NCBI GenBank assembly: GCA_018335975.1
Contig: JAGXRH010000001.1
Coordinates: 6,215 to 30,214 of the forward strand
DNA from: Ignavibacteriales bacterium
Lineage (GTDB): Bacteria > Bacteroidota > Ignavibacteria > UBA10030 > F1-140-MAGs086
Direction of reading: 5' to 3'
DNA: 24,000 nt
The position numbers were made by a program, and so were the translations under genes. Each line of letters opens with the position of its first letter. Within the stretch, counting starts at the first letter, position 1. Shown piece by piece: positions 1-8,181 of the stretch. Below the pieces are notes generated by a model. That model was not told where the DNA came from and ran no database searches. It saw only the letters and a list, made by a program, of their open reading frames with translations.

Positions 1-2
1 GC

Positions 3-2129
3 TTTACCGAAGTCTTTGCAGGGAGTTTAACGGGGGTAGTTTGGGGTTCCGTTGTTTGGGGCGATTATGATAATGACGGTGATTTGGATATTCTCCTGAC
101 GGGATACGTTAGTAGTGAATTTTACATTTCCAAAATTTATCAAAATACGGGAAGCGGATTTACTGAAGTTTTTGCTGGGAGTTTATTGGGAGCTGAAACT
201 GCAGACTGGGGCGATTATGATAATGACGGGGATTTGGATATTCTCTTGGCGGGATACAATGGTGTTTTGGGTTACCTTTCCAAAATTTATCAAAATACGG
301 GAAGCGGATTTACTGAAGTTTTTGCTGGGAGTTTACCGGGTGTTAATTCTGGTTTTGTAGCGTGGGGTGATTATGATAATGACGGCGATTTGGATATACT
401 TCTGACAGGATACGCCGATTCAGTTGTCGTTTCCAAAATTTATAAAAATACTGGGACGACATTTAACACCCCGCCCATTACTCCATCAGGATTAAATGTT
501 TCTATCTCTGGCTCCAACGCAACTTTACACTGGAATAAAACAACCGATGCACAAACTCCTAAGAATGGACTTACCTACAATCTGCGTATCGGCACATCAC
601 CAAACGGAATTAATACTCAATCCCCGATGGCAAATGTGAGCGACGGTTATCGCAGAGTTGTTCAGTTAGGAAATACCAATCACGATACAAGTTGGACGGT
701 CAAGAATCTTGCAAATGGTACGTACTACTGGAGTGTGCAAGCAATTGATAATGCGTTTGCAGGTTCGTCGTTTTCTCAGGAAGAGACGTTCACAATTGTT
801 CCTGTTGCTTCTGTGTTTTCTGTATCATCACCGAATGTTATATATGGAAACGTTTACGTAGGACAAACAAAAAAAGATAGTGTAACGGTTACGAATACAG
901 GAAATGCCACACTGAGCATTTCTTCTGTAACATCCAACAATACGAAGTTTGCTGTTACGCCAACAAGCGCATCAATTTCCGCATCGGGGAGTAAGAAGTT
1001 TTACATTACGTTTGTGCCAACATTAGGAGGAGAACAAAGCGGAACGATTTCTTTTACTGATAATGCAAGCGGCTCTCCGCATACGGTGAGTGTGAGTGGA
1101 ACGGGAGTACAACTTACTATTACCGCAACAACAGGAACAAACGGAAATATTTCTCCGTCGGGAAATGTTTTTGTCAATTATGGAGCGACTAAAATATTTA
1201 CTATTTCTTCAAACACCGGTTATCATAGTGATAGCGTATTTGTTGATGGAGTTTTCATTGGCGCGGTAAATAGTTATCCGTTTGTCAATGTAACGGCGAA
1301 TCATACCATCTCTGCACAGTTTGCAATCAATACGTACATCATTACTGCAACATCAGGAACAAACGGAAGTATTTCTCCATCGGGAAATGTTGTAGTCAAT
1401 TACGGTGAAGACACAACATTTATTATTTCTCCAAGCGTCAATTATCATATTGATAGTGTTATTGTTGATAATCAGTTTAGTGGAAATGATACAACATACA
1501 CGTTCACAAACGTTACGGGTAATCATTCGATTCGCGCTACGTTTGCAATGAATCTTCCATCGAAAGTTTTGTTAGTAACCCCCGCACACGACTCAGTAGT
1601 CAGCAGAGATAGTGTAAAGTTTGTGTGGAGAAAAGCATCGCCGTTTGTTTCTCAATATAACATAGAGCGTGCGTTCGATTCATTATTCACAAATGCAGTA
1701 ATTGATTCCACTTCCGATACATCGCACATCATTAACGGATTAAGTAATAGCCAAACGTATTGGTGGAAAGTAAAAGCAAGAAATGAAAGCGGATTTGGTG
1801 AGTATAGCGAAGCACGAAAATTTAGTGTGGTTATTCTATCCACAAAAGATGAAATTGGTTTGCCAAAAGTTTTCGCGCTTCATCAAAATTTTCCCAATCC
1901 TTTCAATCCCATAACGGAAATACAATTTGATTTACCGGAAGAAGTTTTTACAACACTGAAAATTTACGATGTATTGGGAAGAGAAGTTGCAACGTTAGTG
2001 AATGGAATTGAAACAGCCGGATATAAATCTGTAAGGTTCGATGCTTCTTCATTCAATAGTGGAATATATTTCTACAAACTTACGGCAGGGAATTTTATTT
2101 CAGTGAAGAAACTTGTGCTGATGAAATAA
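3..2129 (+). CDS. Secreted T9SS-type repeat protein (VCBS/FG-GAP-like repeats, fibronectin-like region, InlB B-repeat-like domains, C-terminal sorting domain), 5' truncated by window
   Basis: Frame 3 is open from base 3 ([11 protein letters not shown]...[17 protein letters not shown]) upstream of the TTG listed at 84. Repeated [13 protein letters not shown] motifs, two TGTNGxISPSGNVxVNYG modules, and C-terminal [22 protein letters not shown]...[14 protein letters not shown]...[22 protein letters not shown]. Confidence 0.9.
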   Translation, partial: FTEVFAGSLTGVVWGSVVWGDYDNDGDLDILLTGYVSSEFYISKIYQNTGSGFTEVFAGSLLGAETADWGDYDNDGDLDILLAGYNGVLGYLSKIYQNTGSGFTEVFAGSLPGVNSGFVAWGDYDNDGDLDILLTGYADSVVVSKIYKNTGTTFNTPPITPSGLNVSISGSNATLHWNKTTDAQTPKNGLTYNLRIGTSPNGINTQSPMANVSDGYRRVVQLGNTNHDTSWTVKNLANGTYYWSVQAIDNAFAGSSFSQEETFTIVPVASVFSVSSPNVIYGNVYVGQTKKDSVTVTNTGNATLSISSVTSNNTKFAVTPTSASISASGSKKFYITFVPTLGGEQSGTISFTDNASGSPHTVSVSGTGVQLTITATTGTNGNISPSGNVFVNYGATKIFTISSNTGYHSDSVFVDGVFIGAVNSYPFVNVTANHTISAQFAINTYIITATSGTNGSISPSGNVVVNYGEDTTFIISPSVNYHIDSVIVDNQFSGNDTTYTFTNVTGNHSIRATFAMNLPSKVLLVTPAHDSVVSRDSVKFVWRKASPFVSQYNIERAFDSLFTNAVIDSTSDTSHIINGLSNSQTYWWKVKARNESGFGEYSEARKFSVVILSTKDEIGLPKVFALHQNFPNPFNPITEIQFDLPEEVFTTLKIYDVLGREVATLVNGIETAGYKSVRFDASSFNSGIYFYKLTAGNFISVKKLVLMK
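127..335 (+). repeat. Exact 59-bp direct repeat (127-185 and 277-335, period 150 bp), part of the 50-51 aa VCBS-like repeat units
   Basis: TTTCCAAAATTTATCAAAATACGGGAAGCGGATTTACTGAAGTTTTTGCTGGGAGTTTA present twice. A diverged third unit starts near 430. Confidence 0.9.
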
Positions 2130-2188
2130 TGTTTTGCTCTCAAAGTAAAGATTAGTATTTTTTCCCCGACAAAAACAACATAAACTCT

Positions 2189-2377
2189 ATGACAACTCAA
2201 ATTCTCGTACAACAACTTAACGAAGAAGTAAAAACACTCCAACGCGATGTAACAGCGTTAAAAACATTATTCTTGCGTATCCTTGCTATTCCGGAAGAAA
2301 CGCTCAATGAATATCAAAATGCGACTGCAATACAAAAGTCGTTGTTAAAAGCGCAAAAGACATTTCCGCGCTCGTAA
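2189..2377 (+). CDS. Small protein immediately upstream of a RelE/ParE-like toxin, candidate antitoxin
   Basis: 62-aa helical/charged ORF; downstream toxin ATG begins 1 nt after its stop. Confidence 0.55.
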   Translation: MTTQILVQQLNEEVKTLQRDVTALKTLFLRILAIPEETLNEYQNATAIQKSLLKAQKTFPRS

Positions 2378-2378
2378 T

Positions 2379-2633
2379 ATGGTCATCAATAAAACGGATG
2401 ATTTTATTGCAAGTGTCGAGAAATTACCGAGCGATGCTAAACGACTTCTCAAACGGCAAGAGGAAATTTTTGAACATAACTGGCTTGATACTCGTCTTCA
2501 CCTCAAGAAACTCAAAAATGAAGATGGCGTGTATTCTTTTCGGATAACGCGCCGATATCGGGTTCTCTTTTATTTTAGCAAAGGAGAAGCGGTATTTTTT
2601 GAAGTTGGACATCGAAAAGAAATTTACCGATGA
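2379..2633 (+). CDS. Type II toxin of the RelE/ParE superfamily
   Basis: KRLLKRQEEIFEHNWLDTRLHLKKLKNEDGVYSFRITRRYRVLFYFSKGEAVFFEVGHRKEIYR resembles RelE-fold toxins (R.t..yRvlf...g....l..vGHR.eiY). Confidence 0.75.
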   Translation: MVINKTDDFIASVEKLPSDAKRLLKRQEEIFEHNWLDTRLHLKKLKNEDGVYSFRITRRYRVLFYFSKGEAVFFEVGHRKEIYR

Positions 2634-2750
2634 AAAATAATGCAATAACGATTGTTCTTCCATTGTATATTTGGCTAAAGCCAATAGTATTATTATCAAT
2701 TTTCCTCCACTATCTAAAGAGAATGTGTGATAATTCAATCAACCTTGATA

Positions 2751-2940
2751 TGTCATTCCCACGAAAGTGGGAATCCATTTCATTTTCAAAGATTTTTAGA
2801 TTCCCGCTTTCGCGGGAAAGACAGTTTCCTGGAATTTTCACACAGTCTCTAAAGATAGTGGCAATGGGAAAAACTTATTTTGATAATGACCTAAATGTGT
2901 CATTCCGAATTCCCGAATTCATTCGGGATGAGGAATCTTT
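2751..2940. repeat. Cluster of REP-like palindromes in intergenic DNA
   Basis: TTCCCAC-GAAA-GTGGGAA (2756-2773), TTCCCGC-TTTC-GCGGGAA (2801-2818), CCCGAAT-TC-ATTCGGG (2912-2927) nested inside ATTCC...GGAAT (2902-2936). Confidence 0.75.
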
Positions 2941-3068
2941 TCTAAGTAATTGCTGAAATCACAAAAGATTTCTCGTCACTTCGTTCCTCGAAATGACACG
3001 GTTGTTTTTTTAGAAGTTTTATAAAGATTATAACTACATATTTACACAATAGATTTTTACACAACCAA

Positions 3069-3101
3069 AAGTGCTACTCACTTTTAAAGTGAGTAGCACT
3101 T
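3069..3101. terminator. Perfect 16-bp-arm palindrome (AAGTGCTACTCACTTT-T-AAAGTGAGTAGCACTT), possible terminator or leader structure
   Basis: Exact inverted repeat, followed after a short gap by a T-rich tract (caattttttaa). Confidence 0.5.
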
Positions 3102-3151
3102 GCAAACAATTTTTTAACAACTTATTTTATTAACCAACTCGGAGAATAACT

Positions 3152-4096
3152 ATGACTAAACATATTTTTCAACTTATAATAATTGCACTATTTTATTTTA
3201 CGCTGCAACAAACTGCAGGTGCAAGAGTATGGACAGTAAGCAACAACAGCGGAGACCATGCTAATTTTGCCACACTGCAATTAGCGCATGATGGAGCAAA
3301 TAGCGGAGATACACTTTATGTTTTTGGAAGCGAGACCGTGTATAATAGTCTTACCCTAACTAAAAAACTTACAATAATTGGTACCGGATATTTTCTTACG
3401 CAAAATCCAAATACACAAGCAAGAAAACTAAACGCTCAAGCAAGTGCCATGAACTTTAAATCTGGCTCAGAAGGTTCTGAAGTAATAGGTATGCATATAG
3501 GTTCAGGCAACCAAATTTTTATAAATGCTAATAACATTACGTTAAAAAGAAACTACATTTACGGACAATTTATCATCGGAAAGGATACATTAGTTACAAA
3601 TGTTTTTGTATTACAAAACTATATAGAGTATTGGTCTTCAGGAATCGAGATAAGAAATCTGTCGAGAAATATTTTTTTCTTCAATAACTATATAAGGGTA
3701 TCAATCTCTGGTTACAATGGTCGGGACGTTGGAGTCCAAAACAATATTGTCTTTAATGGAATTTTTATACACTCTGCTTTTGTTCATAATAACATTTTAA
3801 TTGATGGAGATGTATATGGTGAGAATAGTACAGTATCAAATAATTTATCTATTAGTAGCAGCGCCATAAACACAGTATTTGTTGATACGGGAAGTCCCGA
3901 TGGAAAATGGAAACTCAAACCCGGTTCTCCCGCAATCGGCGCGGGTGTTGGCGGAGTTGATTGCGGTATGTATGGAGGCGATAATCCGTATGTGCTTTCG
4001 GGTATTCCGGCAATCCCGTCTATTTATTTCTTTAATGCACCCATCGAGGGAGGAAATCTATTGCCGGTGCAAATAAAAATAAAATCGAATAAGTAG
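3152..4096 (+). CDS. Secreted right-handed beta-helix (pectate-lyase-like) protein; C-terminus appears decayed
   Basis: Signal peptide-like N-terminus; N/G-rich repeated strands (NNITLKRNYIYGQFII..., IRNLSRNIFFFNNYIRVS, SPAIGAGVGGVDCGMYGG) typical of beta-helix T9SS proteins. Confidence 0.7.
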   Translation: MTKHIFQLIIIALFYFTLQQTAGARVWTVSNNSGDHANFATLQLAHDGANSGDTLYVFGSETVYNSLTLTKKLTIIGTGYFLTQNPNTQARKLNAQASAMNFKSGSEGSEVIGMHIGSGNQIFINANNITLKRNYIYGQFIIGKDTLVTNVFVLQNYIEYWSSGIEIRNLSRNIFFFNNYIRVSISGYNGRDVGVQNNIVFNGIFIHSAFVHNNILIDGDVYGENSTVSNNLSISSSAINTVFVDTGSPDGKWKLKPGSPAIGAGVGGVDCGMYGGDNPYVLSGIPAIPSIYFFNAPIEGGNLLPVQIKIKSNK

Positions 4097-4101
4097 AATA
4101 T

Positions 4102-4233
4102 ATGACTCCTACGGAGTTTGATGCGAGTAAGTTATCAAGCGGAATGTATTTCTATAACTTGTTGCGGGAAATCTTTCGTCAGGCTCAGGACAAGATTACG
4201 TTGCCACGAAGAAACTTTTGCTGATGAAATAAA
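4102..4233 (+). pseudogene. Remnant of a T9SS C-terminal sorting domain, frameshifted and carrying a 24-nt insert
   Basis: EFDASKLSSGMYFYNL in one frame, VATKKLLLMK* in another (gttgccacgaagaaacttttgctgatgaaataa). Insert ctttcgtcaggctcaggacaagat lies between gcgggaaat and tacgttgcc. Confidence 0.75.
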
Positions 4234-4289
4234 GAACAGATACGGGAGAATTTTCTTATTTTCGTCCTGTAATTTTTAGAAAAAACTTT

Positions 4290-4637
4290 ATGCAATCACC
4301 CATCAACACACAAGTAATAGATACCATTCTCGGAAAACCGGCGAAAAATGTCAACGTTGTTTTAGAAACACAAGCCGACAATAGCGAATGGAAAGAACTT
4401 GCGCGTTCTTCCACCAATACCGATGGAAAAATCGAGCAGTTGCTCCCGGAAAATTTTCCGTTGAAAGCGGGATTTTATTCGCTCATCTTCGACACGAAAT
4501 CGTACTATCAAGCAATGGGACTCGAAACATTTTATCCCGTCGTTCCCATCATCATCGAAATAAAAAACCAAACGGAGCAAACACACATCACGCTCTCGTT
4601 GAGTCCATACGGATATTCAACGCATAAAGGAAGGTAA
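4290..4637 (+). CDS. 5-hydroxyisourate hydrolase / transthyretin-like protein
   Basis: Starts SPINTQVIDTILGKPAKNVNVVLE, contains TNTDGKIEQLL and YYQAMGLETFYPVVPIIIEI, and ends SPYGYSTHKGR, a variant of the family C-terminal HxPL..SPYGYSTYRGS motif. Confidence 0.85.
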   Translation: MQSPINTQVIDTILGKPAKNVNVVLETQADNSEWKELARSSTNTDGKIEQLLPENFPLKAGFYSLIFDTKSYYQAMGLETFYPVVPIIIEIKNQTEQTHITLSLSPYGYSTHKGR

Positions 4638-4718
4638 AGAGTCTTCTTCACCGCAGATTAGAGGATGTGTTGGATTATGAATTTTAGAAGAGATATCTTA
4701 TGAGCATCTCTAAAAACT

Positions 4719-4926
4719 CTCTACGAGTCATAGACAAAAATGAATTTAAACGCAAAGGACACAAAGCAGGCACAAAGGTCGCAAAGTATTGAATGTATTC
4801 CCTTGGTGTTCTTTGTGAAAATACTTTGTGCTCTCTGTGTTTAAAAAATATAGTTTTTATTCCAAAGGAATCCCTTCGGGAGAGACGCCCTTATTATCCT
4901 TTTCATTCGCTCTACGAGTCATAGAC
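4719..4926 (+). repeat. 17-bp direct repeat CTCTACGAGTCATAGAC (4719-4735 and 4910-4926) in a 300-bp non-coding gap with other repeat-like fragments
   Basis: Exact match of the two copies. Intervening GCAAAGGACACAAAG.../...CTTTGTGCTCTCTGTGTTT and CCAAAGGAATCCCTTCGGG-type debris. Confidence 0.65.
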
Positions 4927-4940
4927 GGTGAATCAACGCT

Positions 4941-6071
4941 ATGAACATTTATTCCGAAATTCTCTCCGCGCTGGAAACCGAGGAACGCGTAATGCTCGCA
5001 ACGATTATTTCCACTTCAGGTTCAACGCCGGCATCCGCTTTTTCAAAAATGTTAGTGAAAGAAAATGGAATTATTTCTATGGGAACGATTGGCGGCGGAT
5101 GTATGGAGGGCGACGTTCTTCTCCATTCGCGGCGGCTTTTAGAAACGGGGAAAACGGAAATTCTCTCGTTTCATTTGAACGAAGACGACATCGAACACGG
5201 TTTAATTTGCGGCGGAAGTCTGGAGGTAATGATTGAACCGGTTACGCGCGGGCAGATTTCCCTTTTCAAAGAAATTCTCTCATCACAAAACGAGGGAAAT
5301 GATACCGTGCTTGCAACGTTGGTTTCTTCAGAAGGAAAAGTTGTTCTTAAAAAGATTTTACGCAAAGAAACCTGGAGTAATGGAGAACTGTCCGAAGGAC
5401 TCCTTTCGGAGGAGCAATGGAGTAAAGAGTTTGACTACTCCAACCCTCCAACCCTCCAACCCTCCGTTCTAAAAGCAGAAATAGAAAAAACCTTTTCAAG
5501 AAATGAGACGCGAAAAATAAAAACCCAAAACGGGACGTTGATTCTCGAACCGATTCAGGGAACACCCTCGCTGATAATTTTCGGCGGCGGACACGTTTCA
5601 AAATACATTTCTAAAATTGCCGCGATGTGCGGATTTCAAATTACGGTAATTGACGACAGGGAAAAATTTGCAAACAACCAACGATTTCCTGAAGCAAAGG
5701 AAACGTTCGCTCGTGATTTCAAGGATATATTTCAAACAATTATCGTAACGCAATCAACGTACATCGTTATCGTAACGCGCGGACATCAGTTTGACGAAGT
5801 GGTTTTGGAACAGGTAATAAAAACGAACGCAAAATACATTGGAATGATTGGCAGCAAACGGAAAGTGCTGGCGACGTACGAACATTTGCGGGCGAGAGGA
5901 ATTTCGAACGAACAATTGAAACACATTCACTCGCCGATGGGAATCGAGATTGGCGCAACGACGGCGGAAGAAATCGCGGTGAGCATTGTGGCGGAAATGA
6001 TTCGTGTGCGGCGTGGGGGAAAAGAGGTACTCTCGCATAAATCCGATTCACTGAAAGAATATCTGCAATGA
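4941..6071 (+). CDS. xdhC: XdhC/CoxI family protein (xanthine dehydrogenase / molybdenum enzyme maturation factor)
   Basis: VMLATIISTSGSTPASAFSKMLV...GTIGGGCMEGDV; C-terminal Rossmann part LIIFGGGHVSKYISKIAAMCGFQITVIDDREKFAN...YIGMIGSKRK...IHSPMGIEIGATTAEEIAVSIVAEMI. Confidence 0.9.
   Translation: MNIYSEILSALETEERVMLATIISTSGSTPASAFSKMLVKENGIISMGTIGGGCMEGDVLLHSRRLLETGKTEILSFHLNEDDIEHGLICGGSLEVMIEPVTRGQISLFKEILSSQNEGNDTVLATLVSSEGKVVLKKILRKETWSNGELSEGLLSEEQWSKEFDYSNPPTLQPSVLKAEIEKTFSRNETRKIKTQNGTLILEPIQGTPSLIIFGGGHVSKYISKIAAMCGFQITVIDDREKFANNQRFPEAKETFARDFKDIFQTIIVTQSTYIVIVTRGHQFDEVVLEQVIKTNAKYIGMIGSKRKVLATYEHLRARGISNEQLKHIHSPMGIEIGATTAEEIAVSIVAEMIRVRRGGKEVLSHKSDSLKEYLQ
5440..5465 (+). repeat. 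Short tandem repeat (CCAACCCT x3.25) inside the xdhC reading frame
   Basis: ccaaccctccaaccctccaaccctcc read directly. Confidence 0.9.
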
Positions 6072-6313
6072 ATATCAATATCAAATTTTTTGCGGCAGCA
6101 AAAGAGGTCGCAGGGAAAGAAGAAATGCAATTTTCGCTTCCTTCCTCTTCCACCGCATCATCGCTTTTGGATTTACTCGTTGAACAATTTCCCGGACTGC
6201 AGGAATGGAAACAGTACGTTCGTGTTGCAGTGAATCAGGAATACGTTTCGCTCGATTACGCGTTGAATGAAAATGACGAAGTTGCAATTATTCCGCCGGT
6301 AAGTGGAGGATGA
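6068..6313 (+). CDS. moaD: MoaD / ThiS-family molybdopterin synthase sulfur carrier subunit
   Basis: Small protein IKFFAAAKEVAGKEEMQFSL...VAVNQEYVSLDYALNENDEVAIIPPVSGG with the terminal GG; ATGA overlap with xdhC. Confidence 0.93.
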   Translation: MNINIKFFAAAKEVAGKEEMQFSLPSSSTASSLLDLLVEQFPGLQEWKQYVRVAVNQEYVSLDYALNENDEVAIIPPVSGG

Positions 6314-6338
6314 GTTCATTTTATATTTTAGATTTGAG

Positions 6339-6764
6339 ATGATAGAAATAGTTTCTGAAAAAATTGACATAACAAAAATTCTGCAAAGCGTGGAAGATAA
6401 TTCTGCCGGAGGAATTGATATGTTCATCGGAACAACGCGCGATAATTCAAAAGGAAAAAGCGTGTTGCGTTTGGAGTATGAAGCGTACATTCCGATGGCA
6501 TTGAAAAAAATGAATGAAATTGCCGGTGAAGCAAAAACGCGATGGAACATCAAAAAAATTTCCCTTGTTCATCGGATTGGGAAAGTGGAAATCGGCGAAG
6601 CGAGTATTGTGATTGCCGTTTCTTCCCCTCATCGCAAAGAAGCGTTTGAAGCGTGTCGTTATGCAATTGACACGTTAAAAAAGATTGTACCGATTTGGAA
6701 GAAAGAATTTTTTGAGGATGGTGAGGTGTGGGTGGATGCGCGGGAGGAGAAGATACTTTCGTGA
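6339..6764 (+). CDS. moaE: MoaE, molybdopterin synthase catalytic subunit
   Basis: GGIDMFIGTTRDNSKGKSVLRLEYEAYIPMALKKM...IKKISLVHRIGKVEIGEASIVIAVSSPHRKEAFEACRYAIDTLKKIVPIWKKEFFEDGEVWV. ORF track starts at GTG 6303; ATG at 6339 is the likelier start. Confidence 0.93.
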   Translation: MIEIVSEKIDITKILQSVEDNSAGGIDMFIGTTRDNSKGKSVLRLEYEAYIPMALKKMNEIAGEAKTRWNIKKISLVHRIGKVEIGEASIVIAVSSPHRKEAFEACRYAIDTLKKIVPIWKKEFFEDGEVWVDAREEKILS

Positions 6765-6872
6765 TAATTATTTTAAGAATCGGCGATACCTGATGTGAAT
6801 GATTGCAATATATTTTACCATAAAATTTTTAATTCACCCTATTGAAAAACAAATCAAATAATCTCTAAAACT

Positions 6873-7289
6873 ATGAAACGAACAATCAGCATACTTATAC
6901 TTATAACGGCATTTGCTTTCGTCTTGACAAATGCTCAGGATAAAATGGAAAAGAAAGACGAAATGATGAAAAAATCGGAAATGATGGAAAAGAAGATGAT
7001 GAAACGAAGCGATATGAAACATGATGAAATGGGAAAAATGAAATCATATATGTGCAGCGATGAAAAATGCGGGTTTATGGTGCAAAGTCCCGATGAAGAG
7101 GAAGTGATGTCCGCAACGAAAATGCACGGCAAAAAACATCACGATGTTGAAATGACAGACGAGATGGTAAAAGAAAAAATGGGCGGCGATATGATGAAAG
7201 GCGATGGAATGAAGAGAGGAAAAAGAATGCGCCGAGACGATATGATGAAAAAAGAGGAAATGATGAAGAAAGACGAAATGAAGAAATAA
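6873..7289 (+). CDS. Secreted Met/Lys/Asp-rich protein with a central DUF1059-like domain
   Basis: Signal peptide MKRTISILILITAFAFVLTNAQ; MMKK/DEMMKK repeats; core YMCSDEKCGFMVQSPDEEEVMSATKMHGKKHHDVEMTDEMVKEKM resembles DUF1059 (Cys-x(n)-CGF...H...HH....t.e....v). Confidence 0.7.
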   Translation: MKRTISILILITAFAFVLTNAQDKMEKKDEMMKKSEMMEKKMMKRSDMKHDEMGKMKSYMCSDEKCGFMVQSPDEEEVMSATKMHGKKHHDVEMTDEMVKEKMGGDMMKGDGMKRGKRMRRDDMMKKEEMMKKDEMKK

Positions 7290-7299
7290 TATATTTTTC

Positions 7300-7338
7300 A
7301 GAAAGCGATTCCCGGTTGAGGGAATCGCTTTCTTTTTT
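7300..7338 (+). terminator. Rho-independent terminator
   Basis: Perfect 14-bp stem AGAAAGCGATTCCC/GGGAATCGCTTTCT, 6-nt loop GGTTGA, followed by T-run. Confidence 0.92.
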
Positions 7339-7353
7339 CCGCTCCATTCTATT

Positions 7354-8067
7354 ATGAACGAACCAACGAAAACTATTTCTGTAAAGCGGAGAAAACTTCT
7401 CCAGCTTTCACCGCTTGTTTTATTCGCGGGCTGCGATTATTCTGCAAAAGGAAACGTAGATTCTTTCCTTACGTCCTTTCAAAAATTTACCGATTGGACG
7501 CAAGAAAAAATATTCGACCCGAATAAACTTGCGACGGAATATTCCGATGAAGAGGTAACGCCGATTGAGGGTTTTCGCGTGAATGGCTACGATACGGATG
7601 AACCGGATATTGATATGGAAAACTGGAGTCTGACCGTTGAGGGGCTTGTGAAAAATCCCGGCGAATATTCGCTTGAGCAAGTGCAATCGTTTCCTAAAAA
7701 AGTGATGAACACAAGACATTGTTGTGTCGAGGGTTGGAGTATGATTCCGAAATGGGGAGGAACAAGAGTAAGAGATTTTATGAAATCGGTTGGTGTTGAT
7801 GAAAAAGCAAAATATGTTGCCGTTGAGTGTGGCGATGATTATTTCACTTGTTTCTATATGCCAAGTTTTCTTCACGCACAAACATTACTTTGTTATGAAG
7901 CGTACAATAAGCCGCTTTCTCTTCAACATGGAGCGCCGGTGAGAATCGTGATGCCGACAAAACTCGGCTATAAATCTGCGAAGTGGTTAAATAAAATCAT
8001 TGTAACGAATGAAAAACCCGGCGGGTACTGGGAAGACCAGGGGTACGATTGGTTTGCAGGAATATAA
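7354..8067 (+). CDS. Molybdopterin-dependent oxidoreductase, sulfite oxidase / MsrP-like fold, putative lipoprotein
   Basis: NWSLTVEGLVKNPGEYSLEQVQSFPKK...TRHCCVEGWSMIPKWGGTRVRDFMK...VAVECGDDYFTCFYMP...HGAPVRIVMPTKLGYKSAKWLNKIIVT. N-terminal KRRKLLQLSPLVLFAGC resembles twin-Arg plus lipobox. Confidence 0.88.
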   Translation: MNEPTKTISVKRRKLLQLSPLVLFAGCDYSAKGNVDSFLTSFQKFTDWTQEKIFDPNKLATEYSDEEVTPIEGFRVNGYDTDEPDIDMENWSLTVEGLVKNPGEYSLEQVQSFPKKVMNTRHCCVEGWSMIPKWGGTRVRDFMKSVGVDEKAKYVAVECGDDYFTCFYMPSFLHAQTLLCYEAYNKPLSLQHGAPVRIVMPTKLGYKSAKWLNKIIVTNEKPGGYWEDQGYDWFAGI

Positions 8068-8119
8068 AAGAGAATTTCAATGTAGAATGATGAAGTGAGG
8101 ATGTATGCGCTGGAAACTT

Positions 8120-8147
8120 GAACATTGGATATTGAACATTGAATATT
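8120..8147. repeat. Near-tandem 14-mer (GAACATTGGATATT GAACATTGAATATT) in intergenic region
   Basis: Two copies differing at one base. Confidence 0.7.
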
Positions 8148-8181
8148 CTACATTTGATACACTCTCAACACCAAGAGTTCA

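Noticed and set aside
115-360. 81-aa plus-strand ORF ([25 protein letters not shown]...) inside the T9SS gene
   Set aside because: Alternate frame of the duplicated VCBS repeat, which is why it appears repetitive. Not a separate gene.
127-480. Possible CRISPR-like direct repeats
   Set aside because: Repeats lie in frame within a protein with a 150-bp period and diverging units; there are no short uniform spacers and no cas genes in the window.
2630-2956. 108-aa ORF after the first toxin gene
   Set aside because: It runs through REP-like palindromes (HSRKWESISFSKIFRFPLSRERQFPG is the translation of those repeats), so it is very likely non-coding.
5767-6153. 128-aa minus-strand ORF over xdhC/moaD, plus other overlapping ORFs in that area
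   Set aside because: The opposite strand encodes conserved XdhC and MoaD; no independent evidence of coding.
6834-7347. Minus-strand ORFs over the Met-rich gene
   Set aside because: Phe/Ser/His-rich shadow of ATG/AAG/GAT repeats. The plus-strand ORF has a signal peptide and a terminator.
8120-8147. Tandem 14-mer as a regulator-binding iteron
   Set aside because: Only two AT-rich copies in a gap of repeat-like sequence. More likely generic intergenic repeat debris, so no regulatory claim is made.
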